Positions 10,595 to 21,626 of a DNA stretch of 64,000 nucleotides are shown in pieces. The position numbers and the translations under genes are program-made. Positions within the stretch are counted from its first letter, which is position 1. The number at the start of each line of letters is the position of its first letter. The DNA is taken from NCBI GenBank assembly GCA_964389905.1, contig CAYMGD010000002.1:84306-148305 (forward strand), written 5' to 3'. Source of the DNA: an uncultured Coprobacillus sp. (GTDB lineage Bacteria; Bacillota_I; Bacilli_A; ML615J-28; CAG-698). The notes beneath the pieces are model-generated. The model was given only the letters and a program-made list of their open reading frames with translations. It did no database searches and was not told where the DNA came from.

Positions 10595-11068
10595 ATGAAA
10601 TGTAAAGATGTAATGACGAAAAAACTAATAACGTGTCATAGAGATACTACAATTAAAGAAGTCTCAGAAATAATGAAAAATAATAGCATTGGTTTTGTTC
10701 CCGTTGTATACGAAGATACTGATTTTGTTGCTGGATTAATTACCGATAGAGATATAATTACTAGAGTTATAGCTTTAGGAAAAGATATAGAAGAAAAAGT
10801 TTCAAGTTTTATGACTGTTGATTATATTTATGCCTTAGAAGATGATGATATATCAATTGCTATTACTAAAATGGCAGATTATCAAATTAAGAGAATAATT
10901 GTAACAAATAAACATAAACAAATAACAGGAATTATAAGTCTTAAAGATATAGCTTTAAATAAAGCCACAAATGTATTTTTAAATGATTTATTAAGTGAAA
11001 TTTGTATTCCTAATCCTCAAGTACACAAACCCCAAGAATTTCTCCGTTGTGAAGATTTTCCTCTATAA
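10595..11068 (+). CDS. CBS-domain pair protein (YlbB/YhcV-like)
   Basis: KDVMTK, IGFVPVV, GLITDRDI and GIISLKDI. Confidence 0.85.
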   Translation: MKCKDVMTKKLITCHRDTTIKEVSEIMKNNSIGFVPVVYEDTDFVAGLITDRDIITRVIALGKDIEEKVSSFMTVDYIYALEDDDISIAITKMADYQIKRIIVTNKHKQITGIISLKDIALNKATNVFLNDLLSEICIPNPQVHKPQEFLRCEDFPL

Positions 11069-11088
11069 GAATATCTTTAATATATAGT

Positions 11089-11138
11089 AAAAGCTATTAT
11101 TCCTACCATAATCTCATATGGAAGATATAATAGCTTTT
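11089..11138. terminator. Bidirectional terminator between convergent genes
   Basis: AAAAGCTATTA...TAATAGCTTTT inverted repeat. Confidence 0.6.
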
Positions 11139-12051
11139 ATGTTATTTAGTTAATATTTTTACCATAATTTTATTTTAGGATCTCTATTTTGGTTTTTAGC
11201 TGATAACAAATAATCAATGTAAATACCTTCACCAAATAAATACACACTACACCAGCTCAAATATAAAACTTTTCTATTTGGTCTTATTGGTCCATTTCCC
11301 ATATAGGTTAAATTTTTCTTTAATCTTAAAAATTCTTCGTAATCTTTTGCATTTTCTATTGTAAATACATTTGATAAAGGATAATAGTATTGTTCATCAA
11401 GAGCTGTAAATCCTTTTTCTAATTTTTTAGGGTAAACATCATAATCATTAAATACTAATAGTTCAACATCTTTTACTTCTTCTATCGTAGGCACATAGTC
11501 AAATAGCTTATTATAGCCTTCAAATTGTGTTAAGCAAAATCCCCATTCATTAATATTTCCAATCTTTTGAAGTACTATATACTTACCATATATACCTTTC
11601 TCTTTTGCTTTTTTTGAATGAAACCTATATGCATAATAATCTCCCACATTACCTGGATTAGGTACAAAATCTTCTCTTGGTATTTTCTTTGGCTTACGCA
11701 ATGGCAATTCTAGTTTTTCTTTTAGCCTTGCTAGTGTCTTTTCCCATTTGTATCCTACTCCATCTTCTTCAAAAACATCTATTCCCCCTTTCTTTTCTAT
11801 CCAATATAATGCCTTAGCTTTTACTTCTTCTGTTAGTCTTCCATATTTCCTCATTGTATCTGCTAATGCATACCACATCAATGGTTCTTCATCGCTTCCT
11901 ATATATTCTTTGTTAACTTTCATAAACTCTTCGTACACGTTTTCTTCTTCTACCTTTGAATATAGTACATCTTCATAACTATTTCTTACATCACATGTTG
12001 TGTCATTTCCATATAATCCTGAATTCCAGTATCCCATATTTACACTCCTTT
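11135..12051. repeat. Direct repeat copy 1 (~917 bp), partner at 18738-19654
   Basis: Constant offset of 7603 with no indels; 11600-12051 matches 19203-19654 base for base by eye. Confidence 0.95.
11159..12037 (-). CDS. Putative polymorphic-toxin immunity protein, copy 1 (DUF4259-like N-terminus)
   Basis: MGYWNSGLYGNDTTCDV...WYALAD...GRL start; lies 12 bp downstream of the RHS toxin stop. Confidence 0.7.
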   Translation of the reverse strand: MGYWNSGLYGNDTTCDVRNSYEDVLYSKVEEENVYEEFMKVNKEYIGSDEEPLMWYALADTMRKYGRLTEEVKAKALYWIEKKGGIDVFEEDGVGYKWEKTLARLKEKLELPLRKPKKIPREDFVPNPGNVGDYYAYRFHSKKAKEKGIYGKYIVLQKIGNINEWGFCLTQFEGYNKLFDYVPTIEEVKDVELLVFNDYDVYPKKLEKGFTALDEQYYYPLSNVFTIENAKDYEEFLRLKKNLTYMGNGPIRPNRKVLYLSWCSVYLFGEGIYIDYLLSAKNQNRDPKIKLW

Positions 12052-15000
12052 ACTCTGAATCTGCTAATGAAGACAATAATGATGATAATACTTTAGCCTT
12101 TTTTAAAGCTTTATTCCAATTTTTTTTGGCAATCGAATTATTAATATTAATGATGTTAGCAAATGAAAAAATTGTTATCAAACATTGTTCATAAACACGT
12201 GCAGTATTCTTAACTAGTCCAGTTAATACAACAATAAAATGCTGCAAATCTTTTAATTTTTTTGTTGCTTTATGTTCATTCATCCTTCGAAACGGATTAT
12301 TAGTAATTCCCACATAATAAACATCTTTCCCATCGTAAAAAACATATACATTATAAATGGTTGGATCATTATTACTGTTCTTATCTTTCTTGTCTTCATA
12401 TTTTCTTGTTTTGATATTTTCCTCTACAAGTTCTTTAATTCCTGTTAAATCTCCTTCTATATCATATAATCTCTTTACTACATACATTACGCCAACTATT
12501 ACAGCTGTTATTTTGATTGCTGAAAGAATAAAATTAAACAAAGTTCTCAAGGCACTTTTAATTATTGCTATTAATCCTTTAAGTGACGCAATAATTCCAG
12601 CCAATTCTGTTCCCAAAGCTGTTATTCCTGCTGTACCTAATGTTAAAGCGTAATTGCCATTTGAATCTTCATTATTTATTGGATTATTCTCACAATAATT
12701 GAATAAATTATAACTTATTGGCGTTTCAGTTAAACCAAGATATGAGATTTCATCCATTGTTAGAAATCTCCCAATTAATGCATCATAATATCTACTATTT
12801 AAATAGTATAATTGTGTTTCATTATCGAAATAATATGATTTATATCTAAATGGATTTTTTGTTCCAATTGCGTTAGTGCTATTATCTATCATTGCAATTA
12901 AACAACCGTAGCCATTATAAAAATATTCAACAACGCAATTACCATTCTCATCTAGTATTTGAGTTATATCATTTTGAATATTTTTTACATAATAGTATTT
13001 TAAAGATTCACTATCTTTTGTATATTCAAACCCAATAACATTATCATTTTCATCATACATATAACTTGTTGTATAACTTTCACTTCCAGATGCAATCTCT
13101 TTTAAAATTTTATTATCATTTAAGATATACAATATGTTTTTTGTTAACCCATTCGTTGTTATATTTTTTCTTGTTCTTATACCGTCTGCATTATAACTAT
13201 AATTTATTGAAGTATTTTCATATGATATGTTTGAAATTTGATCCATATAATATGTTATATTATAATTTCCTTTTTTTGTTGCCTGACCAACATTATTATA
13301 ATTATAGTATATTGTTGAGTTACTTCCCTTGGCATAATCTTCTTTAACAACATAGTCTAAAGCATCGACGTTGTTATTAGCATCACCATCAGTTGATGTT
13401 TCATAATGATATGTATATTCATAATATAGCATATTATCATCATCTTTGTTATATATCTTATAATTTGTAATATTTCCTCTTGAATCATAATTATATTCAT
13501 ATTTATAATTGTAATGCTTATCTTGAATATATATATCTTGTGAGACTAAATATTTATGAATATTATAAGAGTTAATTTCTTCGTACTTTAAAACATTATT
13601 AACATACTTACGATATTTTGTAATATTCCCATTAACATCATATTCATATGTGTATTTGCAAATATCAACCTCAACATCACTAATTTCTTTCTTAATTTCT
13701 ACTTCTGATATTCTTCCAGTGTATGAAAAATATGTTTTATTATTGTAGTTCAAATCTTCTGTTTCGTATATATATTCTTGAATGATAGAAGTGGTACTAT
13801 TGTAATTTGATGCAACTTTCATTAAGCCTGCTACACTATGTTCATACGAAACATTTAATTTGTTATAAATTGTTAAACCTTTTAATTCTCCTTCAAGATA
13901 TTCATAAATTGTAGTACCATTTATATCAGTTTTACTAATTATGTTACCTTCATCATATTCATACGAAATATTGTTTCCATTCGAACATATTACTTCCTTT
14001 ATATTATCATCTTCATATCGATAATAATAATATATAGGATTGTTTATATCTTCTTTGTAATCAATAATAGTACTAATATTGCCATTACTATCATAAATAT
14101 TTTCTAATACTAGAATCTTTTCATTTGTATTTAATGCTGTATGATATATTTTTGTAACTAAATCTTTATCATATTCAAATGAAACTGTTCCATAATAATA
14201 ATTAATTTGTGATACTTCGCTATTATACTTCGTATCATTTTCAGTTTCATTAGAATATTCATAATTAACTATTTCACTTTCATTCACTGATATCGAATCA
14301 ATATCGCCATAATCATTATAGGAAAAATTATAAGTTAAACCACTTGTTGTTATACTCGATATTTGATTTTTACTATTATATAAATAATTTACAACAACAC
14401 CATTAGTTACCTTTTTTATTACATTCCCATATCCATCATAAGTATATGTTACTGAATTGACTACTTCACTAGCGTTATTCGTATCAATTTTTTGTATGCT
14501 TCTCACTAAACCTGTTAAGTAGTCATAATCATATATATCTTTAATTCCTTTATACTCACTTGTTAGAATATATAATTCATCAGCTGAATATGTCTCTATT
14601 GAGTAGTTTGTCAAGGTTCTTGTGACTGTAGCTCCTTTGATCGTTTCTTCTAGTAAATATAATAAATCATCATTTTGATATATATAGTCAACTGTTATTT
14701 TTTCCGATATAATTCCATTTATCTTTATTTCTTTTTCTTCCTTAGTTTTTTTATTCGAAGAATCATAAGTATAAAATATTTTTTCTATTGTTGTAGAACT
14801 ATTATCATTTACTGTTTTTGTTACAGAACTTGTGTTGTTTTTTTCATATACATAAGATACTATTTCTGATTTTTCATCATCACTATAGTTGTATGTATTG
14901 ACACTTTTGTCATTATTATATGTATATGTTTCTTGTGAATATATAGATAAATCTGATTTGTTTCTAGTAATTATTGATGAAACTAAATTTTCATCTACAC

Positions 15001-18000
15001 AAGAATTATAAAAGTATTCCCATTTATAATCCAGATCTTCTTTAAGAATCACTCTATTTAGATCATCATACGTATAATTATAAGTCTCATATCCATAGTT
15101 TTCACACACAACATCTCCAGATGTATTATATGTCACACTATAACTTGTTCCACCATAGTATAAAATCAAATCACTAATTGTAAGATAATTACTAGATGAT
15201 ACATTACATATTTCATAGGTAATATAGTCGAAATCTATATCACTAGAAACTTCATTTATTATATATTCACCATTTCTTTGCAGCGAATCTAAATAATATG
15301 TAAATTGACTTATTTCCGTTTCATTATGAAATGATAATTTTATATATGAATTAGATTTTATCAATGTACTTTTTAAGAATGCACCAAAAATAAATTTTGT
15401 TCCGTTTGTTCCTGATATATCTATTTTTTCTGTTATAGAGCCTTTTGATAATTTGATACCATTAGTTATTATATTATAACTTGTTGTGCTATTCCATCCA
15501 TATAAACTATTTTTAAAATCAGAATTTTCTAACAAATTATATTGATACTCTTCGTTTGATAAAAATACATTAATTCTATCAAAATAAGCATAAGCTATGT
15601 TTTTGTTTACAAGTGTTATGCGAACTGTTCCACTTTGTGATGCAATAAAAGACATTTTATAATATTCAAAGTTACTACTATTCTTTACTTTTGTTCCTAA
15701 TGTTTTATTTGCAATTACATTTGCTCCAACAGAAAAAACATCAATATATGCATCATTTGAATTGTTATTTTTTATATATCCACATATATTATAAGTTTTA
15801 CCCTTTTCAACATTTATGTCTTGATATAACGTTGCATAAGGTTCGTTATAATTAGTACTATAAATGCCTACACATTGAGAATTTGCTTTTGTTTCTCTTG
15901 TTAACTGATAAGCTCTAGTATATTCTCCATATGACCATGCCATCATATTTTCATCGTAATACCCATATTCAAACGAAGAATTTTTCAAAGGATTACTAAA
16001 AACTTTAATGTCACTACTAGAATATACAATTTTATGAATTAATTCATAATTTGGATTATCTATTACATTATTTTGATTATCTTTAAAAATATTAATGTAT
16101 TTATAAATTAATATTTTTCCATTATAATCTTTTGTTTTTACTGTATGATGATAGTTGTCAAACCAGTATTCATTAACATTGTATGTCCCGTCATTAACTT
16201 TTGTATATTAATTTTCATCATATGTAAATTCCAAATAATTGCCATTAGTGTACTTATTGCTACAGTTTGTTATTTTTTTTACTCTTCCATTCGAATAATA
16301 CTCAATGCTTTTATAGAAAGCATCGCCTGTATTAACGCTTTCTAGATTATTATCAGCATAAGAAAAATTAACACAATAATTTGTTAACGTATTTGTACTA
16401 ATGTTTAGCTCTTCTTCCTTTTCTATTTTAATTAATTTATTGTTATTGTAATAGTAATTTATGTTATCAACAAAACAATTATTAATATTTTCATCCGTTC
16501 TTTTTCGGCAATGTAATAAAACCAACTTGCCGTCAGAATATGAATAGACAACTTGATTTCCTATGTCATCTGTAATATTACTTATTCTATTGTCATTAAA
16601 CGTTATCGTTATTATGGGAGTTTTATTTTCTTCATAATCCTCTCTATAATCATATATCTTGCATAACTTCCCTTGTAAGTCAAAGAATTTATATACCTCC
16701 GTACATATAGCATATCCGTTATCAAGAATTTCAAATGTTGAAGAATCACCATTTAGTGATACAAACTTATTATTGCGCTTTATATATATTACTTCTTCTC
16801 CACTTGCCTTAGTATATTTATAAGTACTTGTATTAATTTGCGATATCGATTCATCATAACAAAGAGAAAAACCTTTTCCATATACACTATCAATATCTCT
16901 TTTATTAGAATTATAATAATGGCTTATATCTATTTTTCCATTTTTAAAATCATTATATTTTACAACTAAATTACCACTAAAATGTTCAACATTTAATTTT
17001 AATTTATCATTAATATCTATTTTTTCATATGTATAATTTTCTGATATACCATTTGAAACAAAATATCCAAATTTTAAAAGTGGTTCAGGTAATTCCATTC
17101 CTCCATCCCCTAATGAATACCTAATCACTTCACCAGTATAATATGAACTTATTTTAAATATAAGTTCCAAACTATCATTATTATAATCATCATATTTAGC
17201 TCTATTAAATGAATCTAAAATGTCAAATATTTGAATGGAATTTTCACTTGTAAAGTCTTGAACTCTCGCATTTTTAAGAATAAAAACAGTATCACAACTA
17301 TATGGAAATTCACTTGAAGCATATACAACATCTTCTAATTTACTTTTACCAGTTGTTGCAGCAAATGTATATGGTAGTGATAAATAAGCGTATTCCAAAA
17401 CATTATTTCTTATATATTGTGCATATATACTATCTAATGATAGTTTTAAATATCCATCTATTGATGTGCTTGCATTATTTAGATATCCAATTGTTACAAT
17501 ACCACTTGATGTTTGATTAACTGTATTAGTTGTATTATCTACTAACGACATAGTAAACATTGAATCCATTACAATTGTATTACTTAAATTAATTTCTGGA
17601 TCAATAGTAACAGGATAAGTTGCATTTTGTAAATATTCAGCATTAGGAGTTATTTTTATTTTATATTCGTTTTCATTTCGACATATATCTAATTCAATAT
17701 CGCTTGATGAAACTCCTAAACTATCTATCATTACATATTCGTTAAAAACATATAATACCTCGTACTTTCCATTTTTAGAATCTATTTCATAAAAATATAA
17801 TTTTCCATTTTTTTCTGAAATTTCTAATTCTGTTTCAATAATCATTGATATACTAAATTTATCTTTATATCTATCATCATATTCCTTGAGAATAATATTT
17901 TCTTTTATAATGTCACCTGTCATCTCGTAACTGACATCAATACCATCATAAATGTTTGAATAAACACATTTAGATGAAATTTTACTATAATTTGTTACAT

Positions 18001-18499
18001 TTCTCACGGATGTTTCGCCATTTTCATAACTTATTTTTATAGGGAACTTTTCAATGGCATTATGACTTAATAAAATAGAAGAATCATTTGTTAGAATATT
18101 TGGAAAATCAATATTGAATATATTTTCTCTAATATTACCGTCTATTATCCAGTTATTAATTTCTTCTAATATCCCATTTTTTAAGTAATGAATGTTATTA
18201 CCATAAAAAAACACTTCTTCTATGCCATCGTTACGTAAAAATGTTTTACTATTTTTCGTTCTTCTATCCTTAATTTCATCCAACAAACCAATATTGTCCA
18301 AAGTACTTTCATCATTTATTTCTACATTATTTATTTCAATGTTTTCGGCACTTACTATAAATGAAAAGTTAATACATGAAAAAATTGTGGCAATTACTAA
18401 AATTAAAGATATTATTTTTTTATATTTTTTTACCACTTCATCTATATACTTTCCAGCATTTTTTTCTATTCTCCTAATTTTATTCTTTATTTTTTTCAC
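12050..18499 (-). pseudogene. Sec-exported WapA-like RHS/YD-repeat toxin with carbohydrate-binding modules and a C-terminal GIY-YIG nuclease; one in-frame TAA at 16208-16210
   Basis: Track ORFs 16208-18499 and 12050-15988 are in the same frame and the gap between them is open (YTKVNDGTYNVNEYWFDNYHH...). Signal peptide; RHS core NPFRYKSYYFDNETQLYYLNSRYYD...NNPINNEDSNG; toxin tip YNVYVF...YYVGITNNPFRRMNEH...ARVYEQ...N. Confidence 0.9.
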
Positions 18500-18737
18500 G
18501 TTATTATTTCCTTTCTTTTAAATATTCCGTTTGTATTGATTTAATTGCTATAAAAAAGCAATTATTTATTATCAAGGGCTTTTGTAAGATTTTTAAAGTT
18601 GTCTATTTGCTCATTACAATCATAAATCATCCTGTTTCTTATTAATGATTTTTATAAATACATTATAAAATGAAGGCTTTCGCATAGCAAATATTTAGAA
18701 TATCTATAACTAGACATTCTCAACATTGACATAACAT

Positions 18738-19654
18738 TTTTATGTTATTTAGTTAATATTTTTACCATAATTTTATTTTAGGATCTCTATTTTGGTTTTG
18801 CTCTATAAAAACAAATTCAATATAAAGACTTTCGTATAACAAACAATTAATGCAATAATTTGAATATAAAACTTTTCTATTTGGTCTTACTGGTCCATTT
18901 CCCATATAGGTTAAATTTTTCTTTAATCTTAAAAATTCTTCGTATTCTTTAACATTTTCTATTGAGAATGCGTCTGATAAAGGATAATAGTATTGTTCAT
19001 CAAAAGATGTGAATCCTTTTTCTAATTTTTTAGGGTAATCACCATCATCAGTAAATACTAATAGTTCAACATCTTTAACTTCTTCTATCGTAGGCACATA
19101 GTCAAATAGCTTATTATAGCCTTCATATTGTGTTAAATAAATTCCTCTTTTGCTAATATTTCCAATCTTTTGAAATACTATATACTTACCATATATACCT
19201 TGCTCTTTTGCTTTTTTTGAATGAAACCTATATGCATAATAATCTCCCACATTACCTGGATTAGGTACAAAATCTTCTCTTGGTATTTTCTTTGGCTTAC
19301 GCAATGGCAATTCTAGTTTTTCTTTTAGCCTTGCTAGTGTCTTTTCCCATTTGTATCCTACTCCATCTTCTTCAAAAACATCTATTCCCCCTTTCTTTTC
19401 TATCCAATATAATGCCTTAGCTTTTACTTCTTCTGTTAGTCTTCCATATTTCCTCATTGTATCTGCTAATGCATACCACATCAATGGTTCTTCATCGCTT
19501 CCTATATATTCTTTGTTAACTTTCATAAACTCTTCGTACACGTTTTCTTCTTCTACCTTTGAATATAGTACATCTTCATAACTATTTCTTACATCACATG
19601 TTGTGTCATTTCCATATAATCCTGAATTCCAGTATCCCATATTTACACTCCTTT
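18738..19654. repeat. Direct repeat copy 2 (~917 bp)
   Basis: Matches 11135-12051. Confidence 0.95.
18762..19640 (-). CDS. Putative immunity protein, copy 2 (variant C-terminal half)
   Basis: 292-aa paralog of 11159-12037 with an identical N-terminal half. Confidence 0.7.
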   Translation of the reverse strand: MGYWNSGLYGNDTTCDVRNSYEDVLYSKVEEENVYEEFMKVNKEYIGSDEEPLMWYALADTMRKYGRLTEEVKAKALYWIEKKGGIDVFEEDGVGYKWEKTLARLKEKLELPLRKPKKIPREDFVPNPGNVGDYYAYRFHSKKAKEQGIYGKYIVFQKIGNISKRGIYLTQYEGYNKLFDYVPTIEEVKDVELLVFTDDGDYPKKLEKGFTSFDEQYYYPLSDAFSIENVKEYEEFLRLKKNLTYMGNGPVRPNRKVLYSNYCINCLLYESLYIEFVFIEQNQNRDPKIKLW

Positions 19655-19660
19655 TTAATT

Positions 19661-19689
19661 ATTATACATTATATATATATCCTTGTCAA
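19661..19689 (-). promoter_or_regulatory. Consensus sigma-A promoter of immunity copy 2
   Basis: TTGACA-17 bp (AGGATATATATATAATG)-TATAAT, followed by an AAGGAG RBS. Confidence 0.8.
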
Positions 19690-19848
19690 ACGTTTTCATA
19701 AATTAATATACCTTACTAGAGCCTTTTGCGAAAAGAAAATATATATACATTTTTAAAAATAATATAAATAATTATATTTGTTTTTTACTTTTTAAAAAAT
19801 ATCCCACAACTTAATTTAAAAGCAATTTATTAGGCAAATAATTTTGTA

Positions 19849-19897
19849 AAATTTGCTCCAAATAATTGTAAATAATAACATTTTCTGGAGCAAATTT
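19849..19897. promoter_or_regulatory. Inverted-repeat operator upstream of abiE
   Basis: AAATTTGCTCCA (19849-19860) ... TGGAGCAAATTT (19886-19897); extended -10 TGcTATAAT at 19927-19935. Confidence 0.65.
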
Positions 19898-19955
19898 AAA
19901 AAATACTTTTATTTGCTTAAACAAAGTGCTATAATCTTATTAAAGGTGATAAAAC

Positions 19956-20543
19956 GTGATAATTACAACTCAGCAGCTAAAAGAGAAATATGCTCATCTA
20001 TCCGATCCAATTGGTAAAATTTCACGTGACATAAAAAGTAAGAAAATATTTCCTTTGGTTAAAGGTGTTTATGAAACTGATGCAAATGTGAATGGTTCGA
20101 GGATTGCCCAATTTATTTATGGACCTTCGTATTTATCTTTTGAATATGTGTTATGCACATATGGTTTAATACCTGAAACTATTTTTAATACTTTTACATG
20201 TGCCACGTTTAATAAGAGAAAGATTAAATCCTATACGAATTATTTTGGTACTTTTATCTATAGAGATGTTCCTAAGGAAGTTTTTAATTTTGGTGTACAA
20301 GTTTTTATAGATGGACAATATTCATATCAAGTAGCAACTACGGAAAAGGCACTTTGTGATAAACTTTATACTTTATCACCAGTTAAAAATACTAATGAAC
20401 TTATTAAACTCTTATTTGAAGATTTAAGAATTGACGAAGATGCATTTTATAGTTTAAATAAGGAAGATATATTAAAAATTGCCCCATTATACCATTCGAA
20501 AAATCTAAATTTATTAGTAAAATTTATATGTGGAGAGAAATAA
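19956..20543 (+). CDS. abiEi: Type IV toxin-antitoxin AbiEi-family antitoxin
   Basis: LVKGVY, PSYLSFEY.L..YGLIPE and ATTEKALCDKLY; precedes the AbiEii toxin. Confidence 0.85.
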   Translation: MIITTQQLKEKYAHLSDPIGKISRDIKSKKIFPLVKGVYETDANVNGSRIAQFIYGPSYLSFEYVLCTYGLIPETIFNTFTCATFNKRKIKSYTNYFGTFIYRDVPKEVFNFGVQVFIDGQYSYQVATTEKALCDKLYTLSPVKNTNELIKLLFEDLRIDEDAFYSLNKEDILKIAPLYHSKNLNLLVKFICGEK

Positions 20544-20544
20544 T

Positions 20545-21405
20545 ATGCAAAAAGTTTTAATTCAAATGTTGTCGAAATATCAAATTAAGAATATCGAAGA
20601 TAAGAAAAATGCTATAAAGGAAATTGTTCAAGAAATAGTTTTGTGCGGTCTTTCACGTGGAGGTTTTTTTAAAGAAGCTGCTTTTTATGGAGGAACAGCG
20701 CTTAGGATTTTTTATGGACTTGATAGATTTAGCGAAGATTTAGATTTTTCACTTATTTCACAAAATCCTGATTTTGATTTAACTAAATATTTTTCTTATA
20801 TTGAAAATGAAACTAAATCGTTAGGGTTGAATTTTAAGGTAACTGAAAAAGAAAAAGCAATTGATTCTAACATTAAATCAGCATTTTTGAAAGGAAATAC
20901 CAAAGAACACATTTTAACATTTTATGAAGATGCAAATGACTTGAATTTTATAAACAAAGATGAAATTATTAAAATTAAATTTGAAATTGATGTTAATCCC
21001 CCTAGTGGTGCAACATATGAAACTAAATTTAACTTACTACCTTCACCATATCAAGTAAGGCTTTATGATGTGTCATCACTTTTTGCTGGTAAAATTCATG
21101 CATGCTTATGCAGAAATTGGAAAACAAGAGTAAAAGGTAGAGATTTCTATGATTATGTATTTTTCTTATCAATGGGTGCTAAGGTAAATCTTTTAAATTT
21201 AAAAGCTAGGCTTGTTCAATCTAAATATATTACAGAAAATTATGATCTTACAACTGACAATTTGAAAATATTATTGAATGAACGATTTTCTAATGTCAAC
21301 TTTCAACAAGCGCGGGAAGATGTACTTCCTTTTGTTAAGGATAAATCTAAACTAGATTTGTGGGGCAAAGATTTTTTTATAGAAATTACTAAAAATTTGC
21401 ACTAA
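20545..21405 (+). CDS. abiEii: AbiEii/AbiGii-family nucleotidyltransferase toxin
   Basis: FYGGTALRIFYGLDRFSEDLDF, KIHA and KGRDFYD; probable start at ATG 20545 (track start 20530). Confidence 0.92.
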   Translation: MQKVLIQMLSKYQIKNIEDKKNAIKEIVQEIVLCGLSRGGFFKEAAFYGGTALRIFYGLDRFSEDLDFSLISQNPDFDLTKYFSYIENETKSLGLNFKVTEKEKAIDSNIKSAFLKGNTKEHILTFYEDANDLNFINKDEIIKIKFEIDVNPPSGATYETKFNLLPSPYQVRLYDVSSLFAGKIHACLCRNWKTRVKGRDFYDYVFFLSMGAKVNLLNLKARLVQSKYITENYDLTTDNLKILLNERFSNVNFQQAREDVLPFVKDKSKLDLWGKDFFIEITKNLH

Positions 21406-21626
21406 TTTGCTATTATACGAGGAGAAATACCAAATTATTTAATTCAAACTATATAATTTTATTATAGATATTGCCGAATAATCTAAAGTAAATTGTTTAA
21501 AACATTATATCACTATTCAAAAGAATAAAAACCTAAAAGATATCGAATAAAGATACTGTGATTTTTATCAAACAATAAAATTTATTAAAAAGAAATAGAC
21601 TACTATATAACCTAAATATAGATTAT

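Noticed and set aside
16208-16210. Stop-codon reassignment
   Set aside because: TAA, TAG and TGA all end ordinary housekeeping genes here, and those genes have no internal stops
11159-19640. DGR template/variable repeat pair
   Set aside because: Both copies are full genes, mismatches involve all four bases rather than adenines only, and no reverse transcriptase is present
11135-19654. Composite transposon with IS copies as the repeats
   Set aside because: The repeat-encoded protein has no DDE/HUH transposase motif, and no terminal inverted repeats are visible
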